A DNA stretch of 64,000 bases from Dehalococcoidia bacterium (GTDB taxonomy: Bacteria > Chloroflexota > Dehalococcoidia > SHYB01), in contig OZ253453.1 in assembly GCA_965261455.1 (NCBI GenBank), positions 579,444 to 643,443 on the forward strand. The letters are read 5' to 3'. The notes under the pieces were generated by a model. The model did no database searches. It was given only the letters and a program-made list of their open reading frames with translations, and was not told the DNA's origin. Below are positions 42,499 through 51,852 of the stretch, piece by piece; the stretch's first letter is position 1, and each line of letters starts with the position of its first letter. The translations under genes and the position numbers were made by a program.

Positions 42499-45400
42499 CT
42501 ACTGAGTTGGCCCGCTGACGGTGCGCTCCAGGCGGTTGGACAGCTTCTTGTCGCCGTCGGCGCAGATGGCCCCCTGCGCGTCGCAGTCCGTGGTGGCGGG
42601 CAGAGTGATCGTCACGTTGCCGTTGGAGTCCGGGCTGACGGTGACTTCCCAGCCAATGTTGCTGCCACTGACCAGCCGCCGGGCCCCGACCACCGTGCCT
42701 CCCTCCACCGTGAACACATGATCGTCCCGCAGCGTCCTGTAGCTGAAGCCCGTCTTGAGTTCCTCGCTGAAGGCGATCCTGAATTTGAAGTTGTCGCTGC
42801 CGTTGTGGGACGTCGGGACGCTCTCGAAACTTGCCGTCATCGGAGGCCCCATGACGGTGAATTTCAGCGGGCTGGACAGCATCGTCCCGTCCTCGGTGCA
42901 GATGGCACCCTGCGCCTCGCAGTCCGTGGTGACGGGCAGCTCGACGGTGACGTCCGCGGTGGAGTCCGGGGTGACGCTGATCTCCCACCGGATGTTGGGG
43001 GTGTCGCTGCCGCTGTCCAGCCGCCGGGCCCCGGCCACCGTGCCTCTTGTCACCGTGAACGCATAGTCCCGCAGCGTCTTGTAGCTGAAGCCCGTCCCGA
43101 GCTCCTCGCTGAAGCGCAGCTCAAAGGTGAACTTTTCCTGTCCGTTGTGCGAGCCCGGCGCGTCGTGGGTGGCGGCCGTCAGTGGGGTGGGCGCTGAAGC
43201 CACCGCTACGGTAGCAGCGCTAGTCAGCGTCTCCTGGTGACCGCTGTCGTCAGTGAAGGACAACCGAACCTTGATGGTCTTTCCCTCGTCTGCGGCCGCC
43301 AGGGTGTAGGTTGAGCCGGTCGCGTCAGTGATGTCCGTGTCGTCGGCCAGCCACTGGTAGGTGAAGATCGCGTCGGCCAGCCCGTCGCTGTCTGATATGT
43401 CCGATGTTGATGCGGTCAGCATCTGTCCGACCTGCGCCGTCCCGCTGATCGTCGGCGCTCCGGTCGCGGCGCTGTTGGGTATGGCAGCCACTGCTACGGT
43501 GACGGCGCTCGTACGCGTCTCCTGGTTGCCCGCGTCGTCGGTGAAGCTCACCCGCACCTTGATGGCCTTTCCCTCGTCTGCGGCCGCCAGGGTGTAGGTT
43601 GAGCCGGTCGCGTCAGTGATGTCCGTGTCGTCGGCCAGCCACTGGTAGGTGAAGATCGCGTCGGCCAGCCCGTCGCTGTCTGATATGCCCGATGTTGATG
43701 CGGTCAGCATCTGTCCGACCTGCGCCGTCCCGCTGATCGTCGGCGCTCCGGTCGCGGCGCTGTTGGGTATGGCAGCCACTGCCGCAGTCGCCTCGCTGGT
43801 CAGCGACTCGTCGTTGCCCGCGTCGTCGGTGAAGCTCACCCGCACCTTGATGGCCTTTCCCTCGTCTGCGGCCGCCAGGGTGTAGGTTGAGCCGGTCGCG
43901 TCAGTGATGTCCGTGTCGTCGGCCAGCCACTGGTAGGTGAAGATCGCGTCGGCCAGCCCGTCGCTGTCTGATATGCCCGATGTTGATGCGGTCAGCATCT
44001 GTCCGACCTGCGCCGTCCCGCTGATCGTCGGCGCTCCGGTCGCGGCGCTGTTGGGTATGGCAGCCACTGCCGCAGTCGCCTCGCTGGTCAGCGACTCGTC
44101 GTTGCCCGCGTCGTCGGTGAAGGACACCTGCACCTTGATGGTCTTGCCTTCGTCTGCGGACGCCAGAGTGTAGGTAGAACCGATCGCGTCCTGGATAGCC
44201 GTGTCTTCGGTCCCATTGTTTGCGATCCACTGGTAGGTGAAGATCGCGTCGGCCAGCCCGTCGCTGTCTGATATGTCCGATGTTGATGCGGTCAGTGTCT
44301 GTCCGACCTGCGCCGTCCCGCTGATCGTCGGCGCTCCGGTCGCGGCGCTGTTGGGTATGGCAGCCGCTACGAATGAAGCCCTGGCCGCGCCGGTGTGTCC
44401 GAGAGCCGCGTCGCCGCCCGAGGACGCGCTCGTGATCGTGCCGCCGTTGAGCGTCAGACTGTCCCCCGGCACGAACATCGAAGAGTGGCTGCCGTCGTCA
44501 TCGGCCAGCGTGTAGCTGAATACGAGCTTCGTCGTGCCGCTGCCGTTGGCATAGGACGCGTTGTGGTCCAGCGTACCGCTCAGTTGGATTCCGATCGAGG
44601 GCGTGCCGTCGGTCGTGTCGACGTTCACCTCCTCGCTGAAGGTGAGCGTCACCTGCACGGCCTCGCCCGGCGTCCACTCGCCGTCCGAGCCGGCCTCGCT
44701 CAACGCCGGCGAGCCCGTGATGGTGGGCGTCGTCCCGGTGATGCCGGGCCCGTTTTGTTGCTGGGACCGCTGGCTCGGCGTGTCCCGTGGCGCCACCGAT
44801 GCCGTGGGCGCGCTGGTCAAGGCTTCCGTGTAGCCAAATTCGTCACTGAAGGCCACCTGCACCGTGATAGTTTTGCCCTCATCATCGGTAACAAGCGTGT
44901 AGGTAGAACTCGTTGCGCTTTCGTTAGCCGTGTTTTCGGTGCCGTCGTTTGCGAACCACTGGTAGATTAACGTGGAGGTGACGATGCCGTCAGTGTCCTG
45001 TATGTCGTCAGTGTCGGCGGTAAGTGTCTCCCCCACCTGCGCTGTGCCCGTAATGACAGGGCTGCCGGTGGCCGCGTTGTCGGGTGGAGCCGGTATTAAT
45101 TGGATCTCACTCCTCAGCGTCTCGGTAGTGCCGCGGTCATCGAGAAAGGATGCCCGCGCCTGAATGCCTTTGCCCCTATCGGCATCCTGGACCACGTATG
45201 TCCAGTTCCAAGTGGGGTATTCGGGATGTCGAACTCTCTCCTCGGCTAATGTCCTCGGGTCAATACGAAACCACTGCCATGAAAACTTGGTTAGATGACC
45301 CCTTAGAGATTGCGTGCCGTCTTCGTCCTGTACGTTGAGCACGCCGCCGTGAAGTGAACGGCCAACCCGCATTTCACCATAAGTGGTTATACGGACATTT

Positions 45401-46287
45401 CCCGTTGCGGGGGCGTTGGTTGATTGCTGTTGAATGATCAGGCCATCTGCGTTTGCCACGAGGTTTTCGCTCACGACCTCCGCTTTCTTGAGGCATGGTT
45501 GGCCATGTCGATCGACATAGGTATGGCTGTACACATCGGGACAAGTCTGGTCGAGGTAGTATATGGTGAACTTAAGATACCTGTACCGGTTATCTACGTT
45601 CGGCGTAAAGTAAAGATTGCGATTATTTCTTTCGAATTCGTCCCTTGTGAGGAAGAACGGGCCGGTAGCCACGTTGGCCCTGGACCACATTGATCTGAAA
45701 ACTCCCCCTATAAGGCCGTCAGGATCGTACAAACTGGCCCTCACCTGCACTCCTACCTGGGGATAGGATGTTGACAGCGTGACAATTCCCGGTTCATCGA
45801 CGTTGCGGACTGTGATGCTCATGGGGACGGTGGCTTCGGAGGAGTCCTCTGCGTCGGTCACGCTGACAGTGAGCGAGTACGAATTGTACGCTTCGTAGTT
45901 GGGGGAAGCGCCCGACTTGACGGTGATCTCGCCGGTGCTCGCGTTCAGGTCGAACACCCTATTGAATTTCGCGACGTCGGTTCCGCCGACGGAATAGGTG
46001 AGGGAGTCGCCATGGGGCTCGCAGGCGGCCACTGTGCCCACGAGAGTGTTCGATTCGGTGTTTTCGTCCAGAGAGAACCCATAAGAGTCCGTGTTGCTGT
46101 TGCCGTTGCAGAACGACACCGCGCTAGCCTGTGCCTGGACGGCCCCGACGGAGAGGGCGCCGAAGGTCGCGGCGGCCAGCAGCATGGCAGACAGGAAAAC
46201 CCAACGCCAGGATCGGATCGCTTCGGGGCGAGGGCCCCGGTCAGAGGTGCGACGCCGGATAACGGCTGATGGAAATAGGAACTTCAT
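42499..46287 (-). CDS. Secreted modular adhesin-like protein 2 (cadherin domain, variable domains, multiple SwmA-like/Ig repeats, same C-terminal domains)
   Basis: Signal peptide (..AVQA); cadherin motifs FSLDEN..VGTVAA..LTYS..YE..YSLTVSVTD..NVDEP; repeats and C-terminus as in adhesin 1. Confidence 0.88.
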   Translation of the reverse strand: MKFLFPSAVIRRRTSDRGPRPEAIRSWRWVFLSAMLLAAATFGALSVGAVQAQASAVSFCNGNSNTDSYGFSLDENTESNTLVGTVAACEPHGDSLTYSVGGTDVAKFNRVFDLNASTGEITVKSGASPNYEAYNSYSLTVSVTDAEDSSEATVPMSITVRNVDEPGIVTLSTSYPQVGVQVRASLYDPDGLIGGVFRSMWSRANVATGPFFLTRDEFERNNRNLYFTPNVDNRYRYLKFTIYYLDQTCPDVYSHTYVDRHGQPCLKKAEVVSENLVANADGLIIQQQSTNAPATGNVRITTYGEMRVGRSLHGGVLNVQDEDGTQSLRGHLTKFSWQWFRIDPRTLAEERVRHPEYPTWNWTYVVQDADRGKGIQARASFLDDRGTTETLRSEIQLIPAPPDNAATGSPVITGTAQVGETLTADTDDIQDTDGIVTSTLIYQWFANDGTENTANESATSSTYTLVTDDEGKTITVQVAFSDEFGYTEALTSAPTASVAPRDTPSQRSQQQNGPGITGTTPTITGSPALSEAGSDGEWTPGEAVQVTLTFSEEVNVDTTDGTPSIGIQLSGTLDHNASYANGSGTTKLVFSYTLADDDGSHSSMFVPGDSLTLNGGTITSASSGGDAALGHTGAARASFVAAAIPNSAATGAPTISGTAQVGQTLTASTSDISDSDGLADAIFTYQWIANNGTEDTAIQDAIGSTYTLASADEGKTIKVQVSFTDDAGNDESLTSEATAAVAAIPNSAATGAPTISGTAQVGQMLTASTSGISDSDGLADAIFTYQWLADDTDITDATGSTYTLAAADEGKAIKVRVSFTDDAGNDESLTSEATAAVAAIPNSAATGAPTISGTAQVGQMLTASTSGISDSDGLADAIFTYQWLADDTDITDATGSTYTLAAADEGKAIKVRVSFTDDAGNQETRTSAVTVAVAAIPNSAATGAPTISGTAQVGQMLTASTSDISDSDGLADAIFTYQWLADDTDITDATGSTYTLAAADEGKTIKVRLSFTDDSGHQETLTSAATVAVASAPTPLTAATHDAPGSHNGQEKFTFELRFSEELGTGFSYKTLRDYAFTVTRGTVAGARRLDSGSDTPNIRWEISVTPDSTADVTVELPVTTDCEAQGAICTEDGTMLSSPLKFTVMGPPMTASFESVPTSHNGSDNFKFRIAFSEELKTGFSYRTLRDDHVFTVEGGTVVGARRLVSGSNIGWEVTVSPDSNGNVTITLPATTDCDAQGAICADGDKKLSNRLERTVSGPTQ
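43290..44370 (-). repeat. Near-identical 288-bp (96-aa) intragenic tandem repeats
   Basis: Shadow ORFs recur at 43361, 43649, 43937 and 44237; the unit AAIPNSAATGAPTISGTAQVGQ.. occurs four times. Confidence 0.92.
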
Positions 46288-46433
46288 GCAATCACTCCGA
46301 TGTAGATGGGATTGGCCCTGGAATTTTGGGCATCAAGAACGGTGGCCAGCCTGCATTTTGACGCCCACTAAGCTGAATCAGATTACAAGAGCTTACAGGA
46401 CTCAACAAGGGCCATATGCAAATACTTTGCCGT

Positions 46434-46645
46434 AGGCATTTGGACGCAACGTTTTCTTAGACTAATGGGAGCGGATTCTGCATGTATTTTGTGATTTGAA
46501 TTCGCCTTCTTTTGTGGGTGTTTATTAGCCATTAGTGTGTGGTGTTGAATAGGGTGTATGGCATTTTCTACGTAGGTACTAATGCCTACACATGATTGGG
46601 TACATTTCAGTCTCGACAACGTGGCGCCGTCGCGGTACGTTTGGA
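46434..46645. promoter_or_regulatory. Conserved non-coding cassette copy C (palindrome at 46571-46590), between divergent adhesin 2 and the sensor kinase
   Basis: CGTAGGTACTAATGCCTACA; the flank ATGATTGGGTACATT.CAGTCTCGACAACG is shared with copy B. Confidence 0.8.
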
Positions 46646-46699
46646 GGTGCGGCATGCAACGGCACTCACCCTGCAAGTGAGAGAGGTCCACCTATATTG

Positions 46700-47977
46700 A
46701 TGCCAGAGGACGGTTTGGGCGGAGCGCGTCCCATCCCCGCAGCATCGCAACGCGGGTTGCGCTGGGGGTCTAGAGGCCCGGCCAGGCTCGGCGCCGAACT
46801 GCGCAGGCAGGTCCTACGGGCCGTCCGGGCCGACCCGGACGTGATGCTGTACGCCGCGAGGGTCTCGGTCTGGGCGCGCTGGCTCGGCTGGCTCGTCGGC
46901 GTGTTCGAATTGGCCTATCGACCGGGGCTCTGGTACGCCACCGACAAGGAGTACCTGTTTCTGAGCGTGCCGCTGCTGGCGTTCAACGGGTTCGTCCACT
47001 ACCGGCTCCGGACGGATCGGACGGTGACGTGGCGCTGGCTGTTCTTCCTCAGCGGCATGGATATCGCGCTGATCACTGCCATCGTCATCATCGGCGGCGA
47101 CTTCCACCTCTTCAGCTACGTGGCCTACTATCCCGCCCTGGCGCTGTTCGCGGTCGTCTTCGCGTCCCTGTGGCTCAGCCTCGCCTGGGCGACGATGGCC
47201 GGGGCCATCTATGCCGTGGTCAGCCTGACGGTGGGCCCGGGTCTCGATTTCGATGCGGGTCAGGAGAAGGCCCTGCTCGTCAGGGTGGTGGCCATGTATG
47301 CGGTCGTCGCATCCGTCAGCCTCATCGCCCGGTTCGAACGGGTGAGGCGGCAGGAGTCCTCGGAACGGGAACGGGAGCTGCTTCGGGAGCGCATCGAGAT
47401 CTCCCAGGCCATCCACGACACGGCCGCGCAGACCGCGTACATGATCGGCCTGGGGATACGCAAGGCCATGAGGCTGGCCGGCGGCTCGAACGAGGAGCTG
47501 GCCGCCACGCTGGCCGCCACCGCATCGCTGTCGAAGGCGGCCATCTGGGAGTTGCGGCGTCCCATCGACGAGGGCCATCTCTTCGAGGGGAGGGAGTTGG
47601 GCCGGGTGCTCTGGTCGCACACCGAGACATTCGAGAGGGTCTCGTCGACCCCCGCGGAGATGCTGCAGTCCGGGACCGAGCCCCCGCTTGCCGTGGAGAC
47701 CCGGGCCCGCCTCTTCTCCATCGCCCACAACGCGCTCACCAACGCATTCCTGCACGCCGGGGCCGGCCGGGTCGAGGTCCGGCTGGACTTCGGGGCCGAC
47801 TCTATCCGGCTGTCTGTCTCGGACGACGGGGGCGGCCTTCCCGAGGACTACGCCGAGCGCGGCCGGGGATTCAGGGGCATGAGGGCGGACGCCGAGCGGC
47901 TGGGCGGCAGGCTCATTGTGGAGACGGGCGGCCTCAATGGGGGAACGACCGTGACCTGCGAGATACCCTACCGATAG
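46700..47977 (+). CDS. Membrane sensor histidine kinase, HisKA_3 (NarX/DesK) type
   Basis: About 5-6 TM segments; H-box ISQAIHDT; N-box HNALTNAFLHA; DDGGG; GGT.V. ATG 46700 after GAGAGG. Confidence 0.9.
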   Translation: MPEDGLGGARPIPAASQRGLRWGSRGPARLGAELRRQVLRAVRADPDVMLYAARVSVWARWLGWLVGVFELAYRPGLWYATDKEYLFLSVPLLAFNGFVHYRLRTDRTVTWRWLFFLSGMDIALITAIVIIGGDFHLFSYVAYYPALALFAVVFASLWLSLAWATMAGAIYAVVSLTVGPGLDFDAGQEKALLVRVVAMYAVVASVSLIARFERVRRQESSERERELLRERIEISQAIHDTAAQTAYMIGLGIRKAMRLAGGSNEELAATLAATASLSKAAIWELRRPIDEGHLFEGRELGRVLWSHTETFERVSSTPAEMLQSGTEPPLAVETRARLFSIAHNALTNAFLHAGAGRVEVRLDFGADSIRLSVSDDGGGLPEDYAERGRGFRGMRADAERLGGRLIVETGGLNGGTTVTCEIPYR

Positions 47978-47996
47978 TTGCTGAGAGGAGACCGAG

Positions 47997-48671
47997 ATGT
48001 CATCTAAGGAACGGATCAGAGTGATGCTGGCGGACGACCACCCCATCATGAGGGACGGCCTGCGGGACACCCTTGAGGGCGAGGGGGACTTCGAGGTGGT
48101 CGGATCGGCGGCAGATGGGGTTGAGGCGGTGAGCATGGCGCAGAGCGTTGCGCCCGAGGTCATCGTCATGGACGTGATGATGCCGAACATGGACGGCGTG
48201 GACGCCTGCCGGGAGATCATGGAGTTGCTGCCGGACACGCGGGTGCTGATGCTGACGGCCTCGACCACAGAGGATGCGGTCGTGGAGGCGATCGCCGCCG
48301 GCGCGACGGGCTATCTGCAGAAGGACACGGGGCCTGAGGAGCTGGCGGAGGCGATTCGGGAGGTGGCCCAGGGCCGTCTGCGCATACCGGACAAGGCCAT
48401 AAGGCGGGTCTTCGCGATGATCCGCGGCCAGCGGGCGCTCACCGCGAGTCGGGCCCTGAAAGCGCTAACCGACCGGGAGCGGGAGATCCTGCAGATGTTT
48501 GCCAGCGGCAAGTCATACGCCCAGATCGCCGAGGCCAAGGGCAACAAGATCGTGACCGTCAGGAACTCGGTCTACCGCATTCAGGACAAACTGGGAGTCG
48601 ATACGAAACAGGAGATGGTAGTGTGGGCCGTGAAGAACGGCCTGCTGGACGAGGTGGAGCGGGATGGTTGA
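47997..48671 (+). CDS. NarL/FixJ-family response regulator (REC + LuxR HTH)
   Basis: LADDHP, VMDVMMP phospho-Asp, GYLQK, LTDREREIL..IAE..TVRN. Confidence 0.95.
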   Translation: MSSKERIRVMLADDHPIMRDGLRDTLEGEGDFEVVGSAADGVEAVSMAQSVAPEVIVMDVMMPNMDGVDACREIMELLPDTRVLMLTASTTEDAVVEAIAAGATGYLQKDTGPEELAEAIREVAQGRLRIPDKAIRRVFAMIRGQRALTASRALKALTDREREILQMFASGKSYAQIAEAKGNKIVTVRNSVYRIQDKLGVDTKQEMVVWAVKNGLLDEVERDG

Positions 48672-48963
48672 TGCTGTCTTGCTTCGGCCAGCGGGGGACA
48701 GTCCGGCGCGGCCGAACGAGGCCAACGAGGAGCCAGTGGAACATTTCAAGTGGGATATGATTCCCTTGCCTCTGCCCGAGTGAGGCGGCAGCGGAGAGGA
48801 GTTGGCAGGCGCGGGACAGTGGCCAGCCGGCATATGGGTCACCATCGTGGGATTGTGGGCCGATGAGTGGATGGTGGTGTAGCTTAGTCCACCCTCAGCA
48901 TCATTCAATTCAGGCGAAGACTTCCGGTAGGTTCACAGGCTTCCCAACCACATCTCGAATATA

Positions 48964-49007
48964 GTTCTGTCTATCGTCAAAATAGGCCCACCGAACTGGA
49001 CTCGAAC
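48964..49007. mobile_element. Putative large-serine-recombinase att junction 2 (P x B'-like)
   Basis: Same core AGGCCCACC.AACTGGAC; GTC/GAC at -/+11-13; GTTC at -22 to -25 but GAAC at +16 to +19. Minus strand reads VQFGGPILTIDRTIFEMWLGSL then stop. Confidence 0.65.
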
Positions 49008-50058
49008 CGCTCATAGGTCGCGTCGCCTGCAACCCTCTTCCATTGACTCGAGGGCAACAGCCCACGAGTAGTAGAGTCTTCCGTTGCCTTTGCGTCGCAT
49101 CCATCGGGAGATCGGGGAGAGGCTGCAACGCGGACGACGTGGGCAGGCTACCGCATGGTGAGAGGCCTCGACGCCACGCCGGGGAGCAGGAAGAAGACCG
49201 CGGCTGCTCCCCCGCAATGCTACGAAGCACCTATGGAGGCTGAAGCATCCGTGATCGGCGGGGTCGCCGCCGTCGGGCCGGGTGCACGGTCTGCTCGACG
49301 AAACCCTAGCGGTCGAAGCCGCTCAGCAGGAGCAGCCGGCGTCTCTCGTCGGGCAAGGCTCCGCCCCTCCAGGATGTCATTCATGCCCGTGACCCCCAGC
49401 CGCATAGACAAGGCGCTCCCGTGTCTTGTCGGCAAGACCCGCGCACGGTTCCTGCCCTCGGCGGGCGCACCCCATTAAGAGAGAGTTAATAGTGCCGTGA
49501 GGCAAGGGACAGTCGTGTCCCTTGGGACAGGGTATTGCTTTCCACTGGCGGAGACTAGCATTTCCGACAACGTTTCCTCAGGAAACTCCGCCCCAGCGGG
49601 ATAAGGTGGCGACACGGAGCGATGGACGACACGACGATCTAGCAAGAGGCGGCGCAACGACGCCCGGGACGGGGGCAAGCGTCGCCGCGCCTCTCCGCCG
49701 AGCAGCGGGAGACGCTCGATTGACCGAACAGCGGCAAAGGCAACAAGCGGCGAGGGTGAAGGCAAGGGTTGGGAGCGACCGGGGGGCACCAGAATGCCGA
49801 GAGGCACCACGAGGCAGTCGAAGGCGAACCGAGCAGCGACCTGTGCCCGCGTGTCAGGCAAGGGCAGGGGCAGGGAGGACAAGACCTCCACCTCCGAGCA
49901 AATCGGCGAATGTAGGCCCACTCCGTACGCAGGGACTGATCCTTTTCGCGGGACACCAGGATGTCGGTCCAGGCTGTTACCGAAGCGGGCGGAGTTCCAG
50001 TATGTCCGCCGGAGTCAGAGCAGGCACTTCGACACGATAGCCTACCAGGAGAGTCCGC

Positions 50059-50319
50059 ATGAACCGATTACTTAGGCGGAAAGAGGTTGAGCAGATGGTC
50101 AGCCTGAGCCGCGCTTCCATCTACCGTTTAGCGGACAGTGGTGACTTCCCCCATCCCATCCGCGTTGGCCCTCGTGCCGTGCGCTGGCGCTTGGGAGACA
50201 TCGAGCAGTGGATGTCGGAACGCCCTCTCGCAACCGACAAAGTAGAGAAGGTCAGCAAGGAGCCTAGTCACAAGTCCGTATTGGTAGAGGCGGCGAGACG
50301 TGATGCTCCCGTTTGGTGA
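50059..50319 (+). CDS. AlpA-family phage/ICE regulatory protein
   Basis: RLLRRKEV..SLSRASIYR..GDFPHPIRVGPRAVRW..DIEQW. Confidence 0.88.
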   Translation: MNRLLRRKEVEQMVSLSRASIYRLADSGDFPHPIRVGPRAVRWRLGDIEQWMSERPLATDKVEKVSKEPSHKSVLVEAARRDAPVW

Positions 50320-50683
50320 CCCTCTGCGATAGCGCGGCACCAACGGGGCGCCCGCCGTGGTGACTGCTACAAAGAGGCGGACATGCGACAGGCGCTAGAC
50401 GATGCGGCGTACACTGGCGTTGACGCACTGTTTCACCGCCAAGGATTCCGCGAGGACCCCGATGATGCATGGTCCTTTCGGCGGACCGTCCTGGACAGTA
50501 CTGCGCGGCTCGCGTGCGTGTGGTACACGGTGTGGTACTGAGGCCAAAATGGACGGCTCCAACTGGTTTAGTGCATAGACGCATGCGCCACCATTCCTCC
50601 TCTTATCGCAAGGTGTCGCCCCGGCGATCGGCGGGGAAACCAGGAAGGCGAACGCCGTTCCCGGCGACGAAAGGAGGCCCGTA

Positions 50684-51580
50684 GTGGAAAGAGACCTCGT
50701 GGGCTATGGCCCCGACCTTCCGGCGGTCCGGTGGCCCGGCGATGCGCGCATAGCGGTTTCGATGGTGGTGAACTACGAGGAGGGGTCCGAATACTCCATT
50801 CTCGATGGCGACTCGCATAGGGAAACGAACGGCGAAGTCGCCTCGCCCATGCCGATGGACACGAGGGACCTTCTGAATGAGTCCATGTTCGAGTATGGGA
50901 GCCGGGTGGGAGTCTGGCGGCTGATGCGTCTGTTAGACAAACACGATGTGAAAGCGACGTTCTTCTGCTGCGCGCTTGCGGTGGAGCGAAACCTTCGCGT
51001 TGGACAGGAGATCACACGCAGGGGTCACGAGGTTTGCGGGCACGGTTATCGGTGGGAAGAATACTACGCGTTCGAGAAAGAGGATGAGCGCGCGGTCATC
51101 GTCAAGGCGACGGACTCGTTGGAAAAGACGACCGGTCAGCGTTCGCTAAGTTGGTTCACCAGGTATGGCGTGAGCGTCAACACCAGGGACTTGCTGGCGG
51201 AGATCGGCGGCTTTCTGTACGACAGCAATTCCGTCAGCGACGATCTGCCGTACTACACAACGGTCCATGGCAAGCCGTGGCTGGTCCTTCCGTACAGCGT
51301 GGAGGTCAACGACGCCCGCTTCTGGAGAGGCGGTCTGACGAGCACCGAAGACTTCTACTCCTACATGAAAGACTCGTTCGACTGCCTTTATGAAGAAGGT
51401 GGAGAAACGCCGAGGATGATGAGCGTCGGGCTCCACTGCCGGATTGCTGGGCGGCCTCCCCGCTCGACGGCCGTGGACCGGTTTCTCGAGTACGCGAAGG
51501 GCCACCCGGACGTCTGGTTCGCGCGCCGCATCGATATAGCGCGATGGTGGCTTGACAACTACCCGCCCGACGGCGCTTGA
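50684..51580 (+). CDS. puuE: Polysaccharide-deacetylase-fold allantoinase (PuuE-like)
   Basis: RDLVGYG..WPGDARIAV..NYEEGSE, ESMFEYGSRVG, HGYRW, MMSVGLHCRIAGRP. Confidence 0.8.
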   Translation: MERDLVGYGPDLPAVRWPGDARIAVSMVVNYEEGSEYSILDGDSHRETNGEVASPMPMDTRDLLNESMFEYGSRVGVWRLMRLLDKHDVKATFFCCALAVERNLRVGQEITRRGHEVCGHGYRWEEYYAFEKEDERAVIVKATDSLEKTTGQRSLSWFTRYGVSVNTRDLLAEIGGFLYDSNSVSDDLPYYTTVHGKPWLVLPYSVEVNDARFWRGGLTSTEDFYSYMKDSFDCLYEEGGETPRMMSVGLHCRIAGRPPRSTAVDRFLEYAKGHPDVWFARRIDIARWWLDNYPPDGA

Positions 51581-51619
51581 TAAGCAGTCGAATGAGAGTC
51601 CCGCCCTATTGGCGATCGA

Positions 51620-51838
51620 ATGGAGGCACGTTTGAGCCAGGACGCCGTTCCGTCTCAGTTGCCGATCGATCTGACCGAGGACGAGGTCCGCGCCCTCGCC
51701 AAGGGCCTCGGCCTGGACATCCCGGACGATGTCTTGCCCGAGGTTACCTTCCGCTTCACTGCGCTCATGCAGGAGCTCGGCAAGCTCGATAGGGACAGCC
51801 TCAGCTCAATCGACCCACGTCCGCTCTTTGACGTTTGA
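51620..51838 (+). CDS. Small amidase partner subunit (GatC/AtzG/HpxX-like)
   Basis: EDEVRALAKGLGLDI..F..L..L..P pattern, immediately upstream of an amidase. Confidence 0.6.
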   Translation: MEARLSQDAVPSQLPIDLTEDEVRALAKGLGLDIPDDVLPEVTFRFTALMQELGKLDRDSLSSIDPRPLFDV

Positions 51839-51852
51839 CCTCTGGAGGGCGC

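Noticed and set aside
40080-46287. Diversity-generating retroelement acting on the adhesins
   Set aside because: No reverse transcriptase gene in the window, and differences between repeats are not adenine-specific.
46814-48268. Long antisense ORFs (e.g. 46814-48268, 53834-55066, 60742-61878, 31739-32851, 4974-6083)
   Set aside because: Shadow frames of well-supported genes in high-GC DNA, with no recognisable motifs.
38868-49010. tRNA genes at the GGCCCACCA and GGTTCGAGTCC motifs
   Set aside because: No D-arm or anticodon arm, the T-stem partner is missing, and at 49 kb the two motifs are on opposite strands. Treated as att-site arms.
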